From the NCBI GenBank assembly GCA_026914245.1, contig CP110439.1:2294001-2358000 (forward strand): DNA of 64,000 bases, in the 5' to 3' direction. The position numbers and the translations under genes were made by a program. The notes under the pieces are model-generated. The model had not been told where the DNA came from. It saw only the letters and a list, made by a program, of their open reading frames with translations, and ran no database searches. This document shows, piece by piece, positions 39,701-51,182 of the stretch; the stretch's first letter is position 1; every line of letters begins with the position of its first letter. This DNA is from Puccinia triticina. Taxonomy: Eukaryota.

Positions 39701-40460
39701 TTTGAAAGAAAAAAAAAAGTCCGGAAGAACGAGTTATACCGGTGGAAGTGAGTGTGTAAAAAAATATAAAGGTGCAACAGGCGGAGCACATGGGTCTCAT
39801 AACCTGTTGAGAGTAACTGGGTGACACGAGACTAAGAGAGGTTGACAAGGTGTCAAGGACATGGTCCGAGCACAGTGATCAGTCAACTTGTAATAATCAT
39901 TCAGTGAGGAAGGATAACAGTAAGAAGAACAACTAGACTATATACATGTATAATATAGGCTAAGTTGTGGGTGTATAGGTTAAAAGCATACTACATAGGG
40001 AAATGCTAATACACTATCTCAACATATAACTCGCTTATCAAAGCAAGTGCGTACCCCCTTTGATGGTTGGTCTAACCCGGCCATCAAAGGGAGCACACAG
40101 TCCCTTCAATGGCCAAGTTGTACCGGCAATTGAAGGGGACGTGTACTCCCTCTGATGGCAGGGTTAGACCAACCGTCTAAGGGGGTACACACCCCCTTGG
40201 ATGATTGGCACAACTCGGCCATTGAAGGGTGATCCCCTTTGACAGCTGAGTTGTACCAGCCATCAAGAGGAGTCCACACTCCCATTGATGGCTGTCTTGT
40301 ACCAGCCATCAAAGGGAGTACACACCCACTTCAGTGGCTGGTACGACTCAACTACCAAAGGGAGTGTGTACTCCTCTTTATGGCAGGATTGTACCAGCCA
40401 TTGGGGGGACACACTCCCTTCAATGGCTGGCAACCCGGCCATTGAAGGAGTTTTCCTGTG
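36720..40460. repeat. Three consecutive two-hairpin minisatellite families (36720-37190; 37200-37610; 37740-38320 resuming at 40030-40460)
   Basis: Units built on GACTGGAGGAATCCCTC, CCAGCTCGCC..GAGCTGG and CAATGGCC..GCCATTGA respectively. Confidence 0.75.
38326..40024 (-). mobile_element. Young non-autonomous Copia-type LTR element (1.7 kb)
   Basis: Two 220-bp TG..CA LTRs (38326-38545, 39805-40024) that look identical; TSD TATAA; PBS GGTTATGAGACC; PPT GCAAGGGGGTG; no recognisable coding domains. Confidence 0.93.
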
Positions 40461-42526
40461 ATAGCCGAGTTGGGCAATGAGGCTATATGTGTATCCTCAT
40501 TGCCCAACTACATACTTCTACCCTCTGAAGGTCGAGGCAGCTGTCATCTGGTCCACCGCAAGGTTTGGCCAAACATTGTGGTGGACAAGTTCGCAGTTTG
40601 CCCCCACTTTCAAGCATTGATCAAGGCACACCCCTTTCTGGAGGCACATCCACACCCACACCCTTCAAAAAAGTGTGAATGGCCTGCCTGAAAGGAATCC
40701 CTTCAAAGGGGCAATTCATGCTTCCATCTTAAAAATTTCTTGTCTGGTTTACTGCCCACTTTTGCCTCCCTCATGAACTTGGAGTTGTAACAGGGAGTGC
40801 ATTAATTGTCCAAAATCTCAACTACAAAATTAGGCCGATTTTTGGTAAACAAAGAGTAAGATTTTTTTACTTCACAATAATTGACAGGTTGCTGTTAACT
40901 TGCAAGCATTAGGTTTCCTATGGACTCAGATCTGGCAGGTGCTTGCAACACCCACAATTAGTCTGAGTGAGCAAGGCCCAATCAGTAATAACAACAACAG
41001 TACAAATTTGGTTCTGAGAAAATGTGACTACAAGATGGCAAACAGAATAGTGTTTCTTCTAAACTGTTATCCATATGCCAAGAATGGGACTTGGCTATTA
41101 TTTTGGGTAAAATATTCACAGCACTTAGTTTGAGTTATTTCCAAAGACTTGCATAGTGAAAAATACAAGTTGACTAATCAGATGACAAATATAATCATGT
41201 GGGTATCAGAGAGTCATAGAGTCTTGCTTGAGCTTGGCTTGAAACGGCTTCAACACCACAATCCCTCAAATGCATCAAGAACTGAAGAAAAGTAGATTGG
41301 AATTTTTATTAATGCGGGAAAGGGATGACCTTGTAACATGTTTGAGGCTTACTTGGCGACAGGCTCATCTATGGTCACATTGAGATTGATCAGACCCCCA
41401 ACAAATACAATTATGATGGGCTAAGGGTAAAAATAACATCAGAAGGAGTCACTCATGAGTTCAGACTGGGATACAAATAAATTCAGCAAACTGTCCCCCC
41501 AGGCATCAGGGCGACTTGAGCATGAGATACACATGAGTTGAAGTTGAAATTAGTACTGGCATTGGACTGATATTAGACAACTCCAATGACCAAATTACAG
41601 TCTGGCACTCTCTGGAGAGTGTGACCATTCCCCCCCTGGTGTGTAGAAGCACCATCAGTAAAATAAGAGATCAGCAGTAATTATCAAAAGCATACCCTCA
41701 GAAACCCTGTATAATTGAGAGCAGTTGGTCAGAGTATAGTACTTATTGGTGAGCTGAAGTCCAGCACCGCAGGCATTTCTCAATGCCGGGGGGTAATTGT
41801 TGCGCTTATCCAAGATGGCGGAAGAAAGATGGCTAGTAATCTGGTCAATGAAGACAACAATGTTGGCAATTCGAGCAGCTCCACGCATTGAGACCTGAAG
41901 ATTAAAGTCATAAAAAGGTTGAAGAACCTCAACAAGTTCACGGGCTAAGTTGAGATCTTCCCGGTGGATGTGATATTGTCGCGCTGGACCGTGGTGTTTG
42001 TCTTTCTTCAACTCAAGGCTTGAATTTGAATAGTATCAATCAGCACTGACAGTTGAGGTTGCAAGTAGGAAAAAAATTGACTCACATTGCTGCTGAGAAT
42101 CGCAGTATATCTTTCAATTGTTCCAGAGTTGCATTCCACCGGGTCCAAATGTCATGCCCAACATTATGTGGTTTTGAACACTCACAATCCTGACAGATTT
42201 CTTTGAAGAGAGTTTTTGAATTTGGAGACTTATTCAACTTCCTGGAAATGGCTTGGAACTTCATTTCATATCTTCAGTAATTGATCAATCAAATTATTAA
42301 TGAGTTATAGATGGTTGCTTACCTTGGCTAAGGTCTCCTTGCAAGATTTGGAAGTGTATAAATCATCCTCATCCTTGTTGCTCAACTCAATCACATCGAT
42401 GTCCTCTAGTTCAATCTCATCTTCACCAATGAGCTCAGCGGCCAACATATGATTGTCCTTGCCTTCTTCACAGTTGTCATCATAGTCATGATCTGATTCA
42501 TCAGTAGTAAACCTAAGCGTGAATGT

Positions 42527-43230
42527 TGTGGTGCGCAGTATGGTTCAGGCTGTGAGGGAGCTGCACAACTCAGTTTCAGCAGCGGCGGCGGCATCTTGAG
42601 GCGTCTCAGGATTGCGTGCTCTTGACTTATAGCCTTGTTTTTTTTCCTGTCTCTTTATCTTCCTGCTTCTATTCCCTTTGTTCAGTCTTTTCTTTCTTTT
42701 CTTCTTCTTTTCCCTTTTCTTTCCTTTTCTTTTCTTTTCTTATCTGCGCGCGTTGGATGGTTACAGTGTGGAGGGTTTGGTTGTGTTGTCTTGTTTTGTT
42801 TTATTGTTTCTTGTTGTGTTTTGTGTGTGCGTGCGTGTGCGGGGCGTGATGACGGGTCCGCAGTGCGCGGCGCCTCCTGGAGTCTGAGTTCGCCCACGAA
42901 CTCAGAGGAAGGGGGGCATGGAACCTAGCAGATCCCAGGAGGAATCCATCAGAATCTTATTGCTCATTATCCGGCGCCCTCCAAAGCGCCATCCTGAATC
43001 TTATTGATCCTCTCGATCTCTCTTCTTCCTTTCTCCGTTTCTTCTTTTTCCCTAAAAATAACAAAACCGCCGACGAGCGCTCAACGCTGTCGTAAAATCT
43101 TCCCCACCAACCTCATCGCTAAGAGATCCTCACTGGTCTATCTGACCAGACACCAGGAGGGCACTTTTCCTCAAATTTTCACCAACCCTCCAACAGCTGC
43201 CGCCAGCCACTGCACGGACGGAGTTCCACA
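42527..43230. mobile_element. Putative solo LTR in a hAT intron
   Basis: TGTGG..CCACA ends with ATGT on both sides. Confidence 0.6.
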
Positions 43231-44469
43231 ATGTGTAAAAATAAGTCACAGTACCAATGTCGCAGAGAGCTCATAATGAGATTAAAACTTACAGTTTTAT
43301 TTGTTCTTCTGGATCTTCATATTCCTCATTATTGTCAGATTCTTGGTCCCGATCATCAAGTGAGCTCGCCGCAGTACAATTGCTTTTGTGGCTTCCAAAT
43401 GGTTGCAAGATCACCTGAGCAATCAAGTTCAAGATGTGAGCAAAACAGTGGATCCATTGAAATTCAATTTTGATCCCAGGCCATTCAAATGATTTGATTG
43501 CTTCAATCATGGTCTGGTTGTTTGAAGCATTGTCGGTCACAATCCCACAAATCTATTAATTGTAAAAATAACTGATTGATTGGCAAAACAAAAATGAATA
43601 AAAACCAGATCAATCAAAAATCTTACCATATCCTTCACATCAAATTTCTCAATGATAAGCTGTACTATTTCAGCCAGATAGAAACCCGTGTGGCTTTGTT
43701 GCAGCTTGACAAAGTCAAGAGGCATTGCCTCCAAGTGATATCCACCAGTGTCTTCTTCAACTAGACAATATATCACTGTACCTAGTATATTGAAACCATT
43801 TGGGGACTGCCACACGTCTAGCCTCAAGTACATTTCACCCTGATGGTTCTAGATTAAGAAAAGAGGGGGTATTTAATGAGGAGAGGATTCAAGTACATAG
43901 AACATTAAGGAAACTTACCCAAAGTGATTCTATTATTGTCTCCTGCATGGCGGTATATAATTGAGCTATGTCCTCTGATACAGTTCTGCATGCCGGTAGA
44001 TTCTTGTGGACCACCAGGTGCAATAAGTGTCAATGAGAATTGTCTCCAAGAGCTGAAAATGGTCGGGCAGCTTCAGCACACCAAACGGCACACAGCTGGG
44101 GTACCTGGAAATCAATTCAGACTCAGTGACAACTTGCTGCAATTCTGGGGAAGGGAAATGGAAAAAATTGGCTCACTTCTTGCAGATCAATATTGCCTGT
44201 CCCAGATATCCCCATGGAAGTCAGTTTTTGGTTATGACTTGCCTCCTGTTCTTTCTTGGAGCAGCTTGTTACATGTTTAGATAAATTTGATGGGGAAGTG
44301 TTGTAAATCGGCCAATGTATTCTGCTGCCACAACTGAAAAAATTCAAAGAGATGATGATCAATCATCATTAGATACAGGTAGGACAACAATAAAATAACA
44401 GCAATGAAATTGACTTATGTTTTACAAGGGTAAGCAATCATCCTCCAACCGTTTTTGTTGAGTATATTG

Positions 44470-44512
44470 CACTATGAAAAAAAATCAAGCAATTGCTGTC
44501 AGTTGACATGCA
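44470..44512 (+). mobile_element. CACTA terminus (end 1)
   Basis: CACTATGAAAAAAAATCAAGCAATTGCTGTCAGTTGACATGCA, preceded by TTG. Confidence 0.8.
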
Positions 44513-44582
44513 CAATCCAGGGTGAGACTTTAAGTTCATCCATGTTCATTCCATGATATATCATGGGGTAGCTCAGCATCAA

Positions 44583-47500
44583 AAGAAGATAGTGAGTTAT
44601 ATGGTTTAAGACTGTAGCTCAGTGGCGCACAGTCCAAGCCGTCTCCAATTGTCCACCTCTGCACACGTTTCCGGGAAGAACTTTGCAACTTATTGTTGCC
44701 ACTAGGAAATCCTTCCCGTAGACCCCCGTGGTCCCTACTATTGGGTAGGTTTTCACTTGGGTCAGTGTTTGGGTCTCGGCGGAGAGCTTTGAGTCTACTG
44801 GGATGCCTCTGCCTGTGGAGAGTCTCAACCCGGTAGGGAGGAGCCTCTCGGCAAACGCCAGTGGATCAAAGACTCTCCTCCTGAAGCAGAGAGGAAACCA
44901 CAGGAGAGGCTGCCGTGGCAGGTGTGGAGAAGGGGTTTGGGCTACACCCTCAACTTGGGGAGAAGCCTGAGCCTACACGAACCCCCACACTTCGACCTAT
45001 ACTTTCCACCCAAACACTGCAAGAAGTATACCTTATTGACGGGTGAGATTGCATTGCTTGTTTAAAATCTGCGAGGCTGACAAAGGCTCAGCGAGCTCTT
45101 CTGGATAGAATCCCCAATGCAAAACCTGCCGCAGGATGGTTGCCAATTACCCAAAGTAACTCCAGTAGCAAAATCCACGACGAGGGCATTTCCTGATCGC
45201 CGAGTCTGTGCCCGGCGTATGTATGCTGCTGATTTTGTTATTGCCAGGCAAAGAGTGATAGCATCCTTTCACGCGCTCGTAAGCCAAGAAAGTTACAGCT
45301 GCTGAGTTGTAACTACGCCAAGTGGCCTCCCCAGCCGCGTATCATCAAAAGATAAGACCGTGAAGGTCCCTTCACGGTGTGACCAGTGAAACACAAAATA
45401 AGGAGAGTGCTTTCAACTATGGCTGTCAAATTATAAAGATCACTTGCGACAAAAATTTTGCCAAATCATCTGGAAGCTCAATGATCAACTGATGTTTCAC
45501 ATCTTGGCCGGAGCAGATGCCCCTTGATAAGGCGTCTGCTGTATTATCTTTTGAGGTCACTCTTTTAGCAATCAACTCGACCCCTTCTTTAATTAACATC
45601 TTCTGGATCAACATCCATTTGCCGTTTGCATTGATGTCTCTAGTCTTCTTGTTATTAATCCTGTTTTCCGTAGTCGTATTGTCGGTCCAAATGATCAGAG
45701 ATTTGCCCCTTTGGTTTCTGAGTTTCAGAGCCATCAGAAGTCCAAGTCGCACTGCAACCGTCTCCAGGTAAGATATTTGTGTTGATCTACTTCCAGGGTT
45801 GTGGAGCTTGAATTGTGCCCAATACTTCCCAATCAAGATGCCTATCCCAAAAGATGTTGATGCATCACCCACCCAGCCAATGTCAATTGGTGGTCTGTAG
45901 TTAATTATTTGGGTGTGTTCAAAGTTTTCCAGGGTCGTCTTCCACACTCCTAAATCAGTAATGACGTCTGCCGGGGCTTCGCGCAGAGCCTTTTGATACT
46001 GCCAGGACATGAGCCATTGGTACAAGGAGTTCAGGTGGCAGCGTAAGTGCGGTAGGATATAGGATACATGATTGAGGCGCCCTACTAGGACCTCCACGTC
46101 TTCATAGTTGAAACGGGAACCCTTCATGAGATACGGCTGAATTTGGCTTAACCGTTTTTCAATTTTCCCTTCTGGCAGGCGTACTGTCTTGTCTACCCCG
46201 TTCCATACAAACCCTATAAATTTTTGTTTGGCGCTGAAAGGTGAATACTTTGTCTTGTTTGTTAATACACCCATTTCTGTAGATTTCATTACTATCTCTT
46301 CCATATCTACCGGCGTCCCTTCAACTCTTACGAATAATTTATTGTCCACCCATCTGAATATTGTGACCAAATTGAAATGATTCTTCATGATAAGTTTCCA
46401 CGCATCCGCTGGCCGCCCAAAAGATCCACATCCAGCTACGCCTCCAAAAGTGATCCTTGTGCCTACTAGAAAATTTCCATTGAATTCTCTCACTGTCAAG
46501 TATTTTCATTGGGACATCATCGTGGGAATTTGCCTGTAAGCTTTCTCCCAATCAAATAGGGCTAGTTCCAGGGGTCGAGCATCCTCTGCGAAGAACTTCA
46601 AAACACGATTGAAATCATCCCATATTGTTTCAAAATTTGACTTATCTACAGATGAGTTCACCAATGGTATCACAGGATCATTTTTTGGAAATGACAAATT
46701 GTTTATTGGTCAAATTGCACTGTCGCTGTTTACCACCGCACCTAAGGGGTTTGATCTGGAGAACCCAAAATGCGCTATCATTTGATCCTGTGAAAAAGGC
46801 CCAAACATCCTCATAGCTTTCAGTTCCTTCTCTATAGACTCCTCAATTTTTGGCCTTGCTTTCCCGGAAGATGTGTGATTATCTGGGGTAAAGCAATCCA
46901 AGTTTCCCAAATTGTGATCTGGAATACCCTGATCAAAGCCATTCCTGAATCCTGTTAGCACGTCTTCGTATTCCGGTAGTAAGTTGCTTTCTGCTAGTGC
47001 GTCTTCCCATACCGATAAATTCATTTCACACCAAATGGAAGTCGTTAAGGCAGACAAATCAACTGGATTTTTGACATCATTGTCAAGGTTAAATTGCGGT
47101 AATTCCTTGACCAAAGACATATCTTTTGACCAGCTATTACAAATGTAAGCAAAGTAAAAAGGACAAGTGTGACAAAGAAAATTGAAGTCAGGATTTATAT
47201 GACGCCATACATACTAAATCACAGACAGCATCTTGTGTAATATCACAAGATTTGTTATTCATACATTTGTAATATGATTACAGCAATGAAATGAAGAATA
47301 AGCAAAACTAAGCCCACTAAGATTCTTTCTCTTTGGCCAAGGACAAATGATCTTTCTTTTTGAACGACCTAGAAGGACCTTGATCTCTCCTGTAGCCGCC
47401 ACGCTCACGAGAATAGCCTCCATGATGATTGAATCTGGAGTCGTTGCTCCTTTGATAATCATAATCTCCGTATCCATGATCTCTTGGCCTTTTATTGTAG

Positions 47501-49439
47501 CCTTCTTCTGACTGGTGAAAATTGTTATAACCCCCATAATCTGAGTTACGTCGTTCTTGAGACCATTGTCCTGATCCCCTACCACGATAGCCACCTTTTC
47601 CGCGACTCAAGCCCGATTTGTGCTTCCATTGATCTTTACTTCCTTTTTGATTCTTGAAGCGTGGTTTACCAGTGTTTGGATTGTATCCATCCTTCTCACC
47701 CCCAATTGCATAAGGATTATCCGTCTCATTGTTCTTGCCTAACGTTAAAGTTATCCTCCAAGCCTCCCGCTTCACGTCATCGCAATACATAGAAATATCA
47801 ACCGCTGAAATCGCTCCTGACTCCGTTGCCACTTGATATGAGAAAGCATTCTGCCTCACTATCATGTCATATCAGAATGCTGTCATGAAACCTTCTTCGC
47901 CAACAATTTTGTCCACGTTCTCCTTGTGTAAAAAAATCCACTCCGCAAATTTGGGGTAACCATACAAGTCTCTGAAGGTAATGTAGAAGTTCCAATGATT
48001 CGTTGTCCATTTGCTAAACAACTGAGACCACTCGTTAGGGTATTTGTATCCGATGTAGTTTCCATCCTTTTCATCCCCTTTAGATCTCCTGTTTGTATAC
48101 CATTGAATGGCATCCCGTTGCCAGTTCTTGTCAAAAATAGTTAAGGGAATTGGACCTCTGAATTCTTGTATGTTACGGTCAAAATATGGGGTAAATCCGA
48201 CATCAAAGTGTTTGGGAAGGGAGCCCTTAATGAAAACTATCGACATCTTATTGTTGGATTGTTTTGCAATGTTCAAAGCTGGATTAACCGCATTGCTTGA
48301 ACTAGCTCTGAGAATGTCTGGCTTATCTGGAGCGTTCAGAGTAGAGCCCATCTGTCCGTAAATCTTCAAAAAGAAATCCGCCCTGTTCTTATCTCCTTTT
48401 TCAAAAGCTTCAGTTGCTTTATCCCAGACTTCTTGTTGAAGGGTTTTAACCACTTGGGCTGCCATTATGGGTGGCGGGTCATTAGTTACGGGCGGTGGGT
48501 CGTTGGCTTTGCCAGATGCTTTGGTAACGTTGACTTGACCTGGTTCAATTATGACCGGCACGTTCGACAAGATAGCCTTATATTCAGATGCTACATCTTC
48601 TTGAGCATCCTTCAAAGGAGTAGGTATCTCTGCATTGCCACAAACAATATACAATCAACATCAAGTGAATAATCTGATTCAATTTTGCTTCTCAGCAACT
48701 TTGAGAGCGTATGCTAACCTTTGAAACTATCTTCACTATCCGAATTGTGATTCGTATCCTTATTTTTATTGCTAATGCCAACTTGATCTTGTTGAAGGTC
48801 TTAAATGAAGCAAGTTATCAGCTAACCAGCTACTTTGGTTGCTTATTCAAATAGGAGAACTAACTACTTAAGTTCTCCTGGATCACAGGTCCTTCGACTA
48901 CTGCACAATCTTCCGCGTCTAGTGCATACAGGCCTTGGACTTGGATTGCGGTCTGATTATCCGGTGCTTTGTTAAGCCTCTTATTTGCTCTTTTAACCAT
49001 CTCTTCTACCATGGCCTTCTATCTTTGTTGTTCAAATACTTCTGTTATGCTTTGTCCGAGTATGCTGTTCCAGGTGCTGGTGATGAAATGTGATTGCTGG
49101 TGATGAAATGTGATATGAGAATGAGTTCTGCTATGTTGATTGATTATTGGCTGTTCGTGATTTATTGACTGTTTGTGACAAAGTGAAATTGAAAATCTGG
49201 AAATAGCTTGCGGTGGTGAGCCGTGGAGAGACTGTGAAGAGAGTGAGCGGGATGAACAGTACCGTGGGACAAGAGGAACCGTTGAGCAGCTTATACCCCG
49301 GGAGGGTTTATGCAATGTGAGCACAAGCCTAGTCTCAAGCCTAATAGCTTGTAGTCACGCTTGAGTCCTCTTGGCCAGGCCTGGGCTCCCTCATTTGTGT
49401 GCTTGGACCTGGGCGACCTACCCCTGCGGGTCTGGTCAC
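44583..49439 (-). mobile_element. Degenerate tyrosine-recombinase (DIRS/Ngaro-like) retrotransposon
   Basis: Gag-like ORFs at 47317-48654 and RT/RNase H at 45426-47120. CATCAA occurs at both approximate ends. The recombinase region appears mostly deleted. Confidence 0.72.
45426..47120 (-). pseudogene. DIRS-type reverse transcriptase / RNase H, frameshifted
   Basis: DWEKAYRQIP, ITFGG, RWVDN, VGDASTSFG, WTDNT and DNTADALSRG motifs. Confidence 0.85.
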
Positions 49440-49509
49440 CATCAATCTTTGGATCTGCCTAGGGTCCCTGAGCCATCTGCCTCAACACCTGCACAGTACT
49501 GGTGCTCAT

Positions 49510-50038
49510 TGATCATCAACAAGGGTGTTTAGTCCTTGTTGACCAGCCTTGGGAAGAATTGGAGGACTTCCTGTCAATCTGGGAACTCAGATTTTTCTAG
49601 ATTTTGCGGGGAAATCTGGGCTCAATTGTCCCAAATCCTAGATCTGCCTAGATTTCCCTGCAAAATCTGGGAAAATCTGGGTTTCCAGATTGGCAGGAAG
49701 TCCTCCATTCCTCCCCATCAACAAGAATAAGTGCCCATGTCAACTAGGAGGAATGCCTTGTGGTCAACAAGGGCATACTTGGGGCCCATGTTGACTGGGA
49801 GGGAGACCAGTCCATAACATGATACAAAAGTCGACTGGGAGTAATCCCTCGCAGTCTACTGCTATACAACGACTTTGACCGGGAGGCTGTTCAATAACAT
49901 TACTGGGAGAAGTTCCTCCCGGTCGACTGCCATACACAGCAGTCCACCGGGAGGAGTCCCTCCCGGTCGACTGCCATACACAGCAGTCCACCGGGAGGAG
50001 TCCCTCCTGGTCGACTGCCATACACAGCAGTCCACCGG
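49510..50038. repeat. Older relative of the adjacent palindrome family, truncated within its 44-bp array
   Basis: Shares TCAACAAG..CTTGTTGA hairpins and CCCGGTCGACTGCCATACACAGCAGTCCACCGGG units. Confidence 0.75.
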
Positions 50039-51071
50039 GGCGCTGGGACGAGGCAATCCCAGGGTGGTACACCCTGGAAAGTTTGGAATTTCCTCAACTT
50101 AAGTCCATATTGCAAAATGCACTAGACTGAGGTGCAGGAAGCTTGGTCTGAGGTGCACAGACTCAGTCCTGAGGCAAATGCTCAGCTGCCCCCGACTCAT
50201 CCAAAGTCCCTCACATTGGAGGTCACGGGTACATGCTTGACCTCCCCATCCCTCCGGGTCAACAAGAGTAAGCGCCCTTGTTGACAAAGAGGAATCCTAC
50301 CCGGTCAAAAGCTATATACAACGACTTCGACCGGGAGGAATCCCTCCCGGTCGATAACATTGCCGTGAGGAGTCCCTCCCGGTCGACTGCCATACACAGC
50401 AGTCCACCGGGAGGAGTCCCTCCCGGTCGACTGCCATATCGAGCAGTCGACTGGGAGGAGTCCCTCCCGGTCGACTGCTGTGTATGGCAGTCGACCGGGA
50501 GGGACGACCGGGAGGGACTCCTCCCGGTCGACTGCTCGATATGGCAGTCGACCGGGAGGGACTCCTCCCGGTGGACTGCTGTGTATGGCAGTCGACCGGG
50601 AGGGACTCCTCCCGATGGACTGCTGTGTATGGCAGTCGACCGGGAGGGACTCCTCCCGGTGGACTGCTGTGTATGGCAGTCGACCGGGAGGGACTCCTCC
50701 CGGTGGACTGCTGTGTATGGCAGTCGACCGGGAGGGACTCCTCACGGCAATGTTATCGACCGGGAGGGATTCCTCCCGGTCGAAGTCGTTGTATATAGCT
50801 TTTGACCGGGTAGGATTCCTCTTTGTCAACAAGGGCGCTTACTCTTGTTGACCCGGAGGGATGGGGAGGTCAAGCATGTACCCGTGACCTCCAATGTGAG
50901 GGACTTTGGATGAGTCGGGGGCAGCTGAGCATTTGCCTCAGGACTGAGTCTGTGCACCTCAGACCAAGCTTCCTGCACCTCAGTCTAGTGCATTTTGCAA
51001 TATGGACTTAAGTTGAGGAAATTCCAAACTTTCCAGGGTGTACCACCCTGGGATTGCCTCGTCCCAGCGCC
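50039..51071. repeat. 1033-bp foldback palindrome without a TSD
   Basis: ~330-bp outer arms appear perfectly complementary (the track gives the same 62-aa ORF on both strands). The 44-bp units number ~2 on the left and ~5 on the right. Confidence 0.93.
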
Positions 51072-51182
51072 AGTTCCTCAGTCCAACGAGTGAAGAGCTT
51101 ATTAGAAGCCCTTGAATGTGCTTTCTTCGCCCCGATACGATTTGAAACAAACCGAGCTAAATCGTCTTCCAATCGCATCACA

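Larger units (their letters stand above)
36205..41641. mobile_element. CACCAGG-ended TIR element with 3-bp TSD
   Basis: CACCAGGGGGGG..CACTCTCCAGAGAGTGCCAGA is mirrored at 41600-41641; TSD TGT. It sits at a hAT intron acceptor. Confidence 0.88.
35268..44469 (-). mobile_element. 3' part of a split hAT (transposase pseudogene) with nested insertions
   Basis: TIR TAGAGATGG at 35268. Fragments LDVWQSPN, TDNASNN, CFAHILNL, TRWNAT, VLHPLFKDDYF and MALDVLSCP are present. The part ends at a CACTA terminus. Confidence 0.87.

Noticed and set aside
50278..50851. 175-aa ORFs on both strands
   Set aside because: They are products of the palindrome and its 44-bp repeats, with no domain signal.
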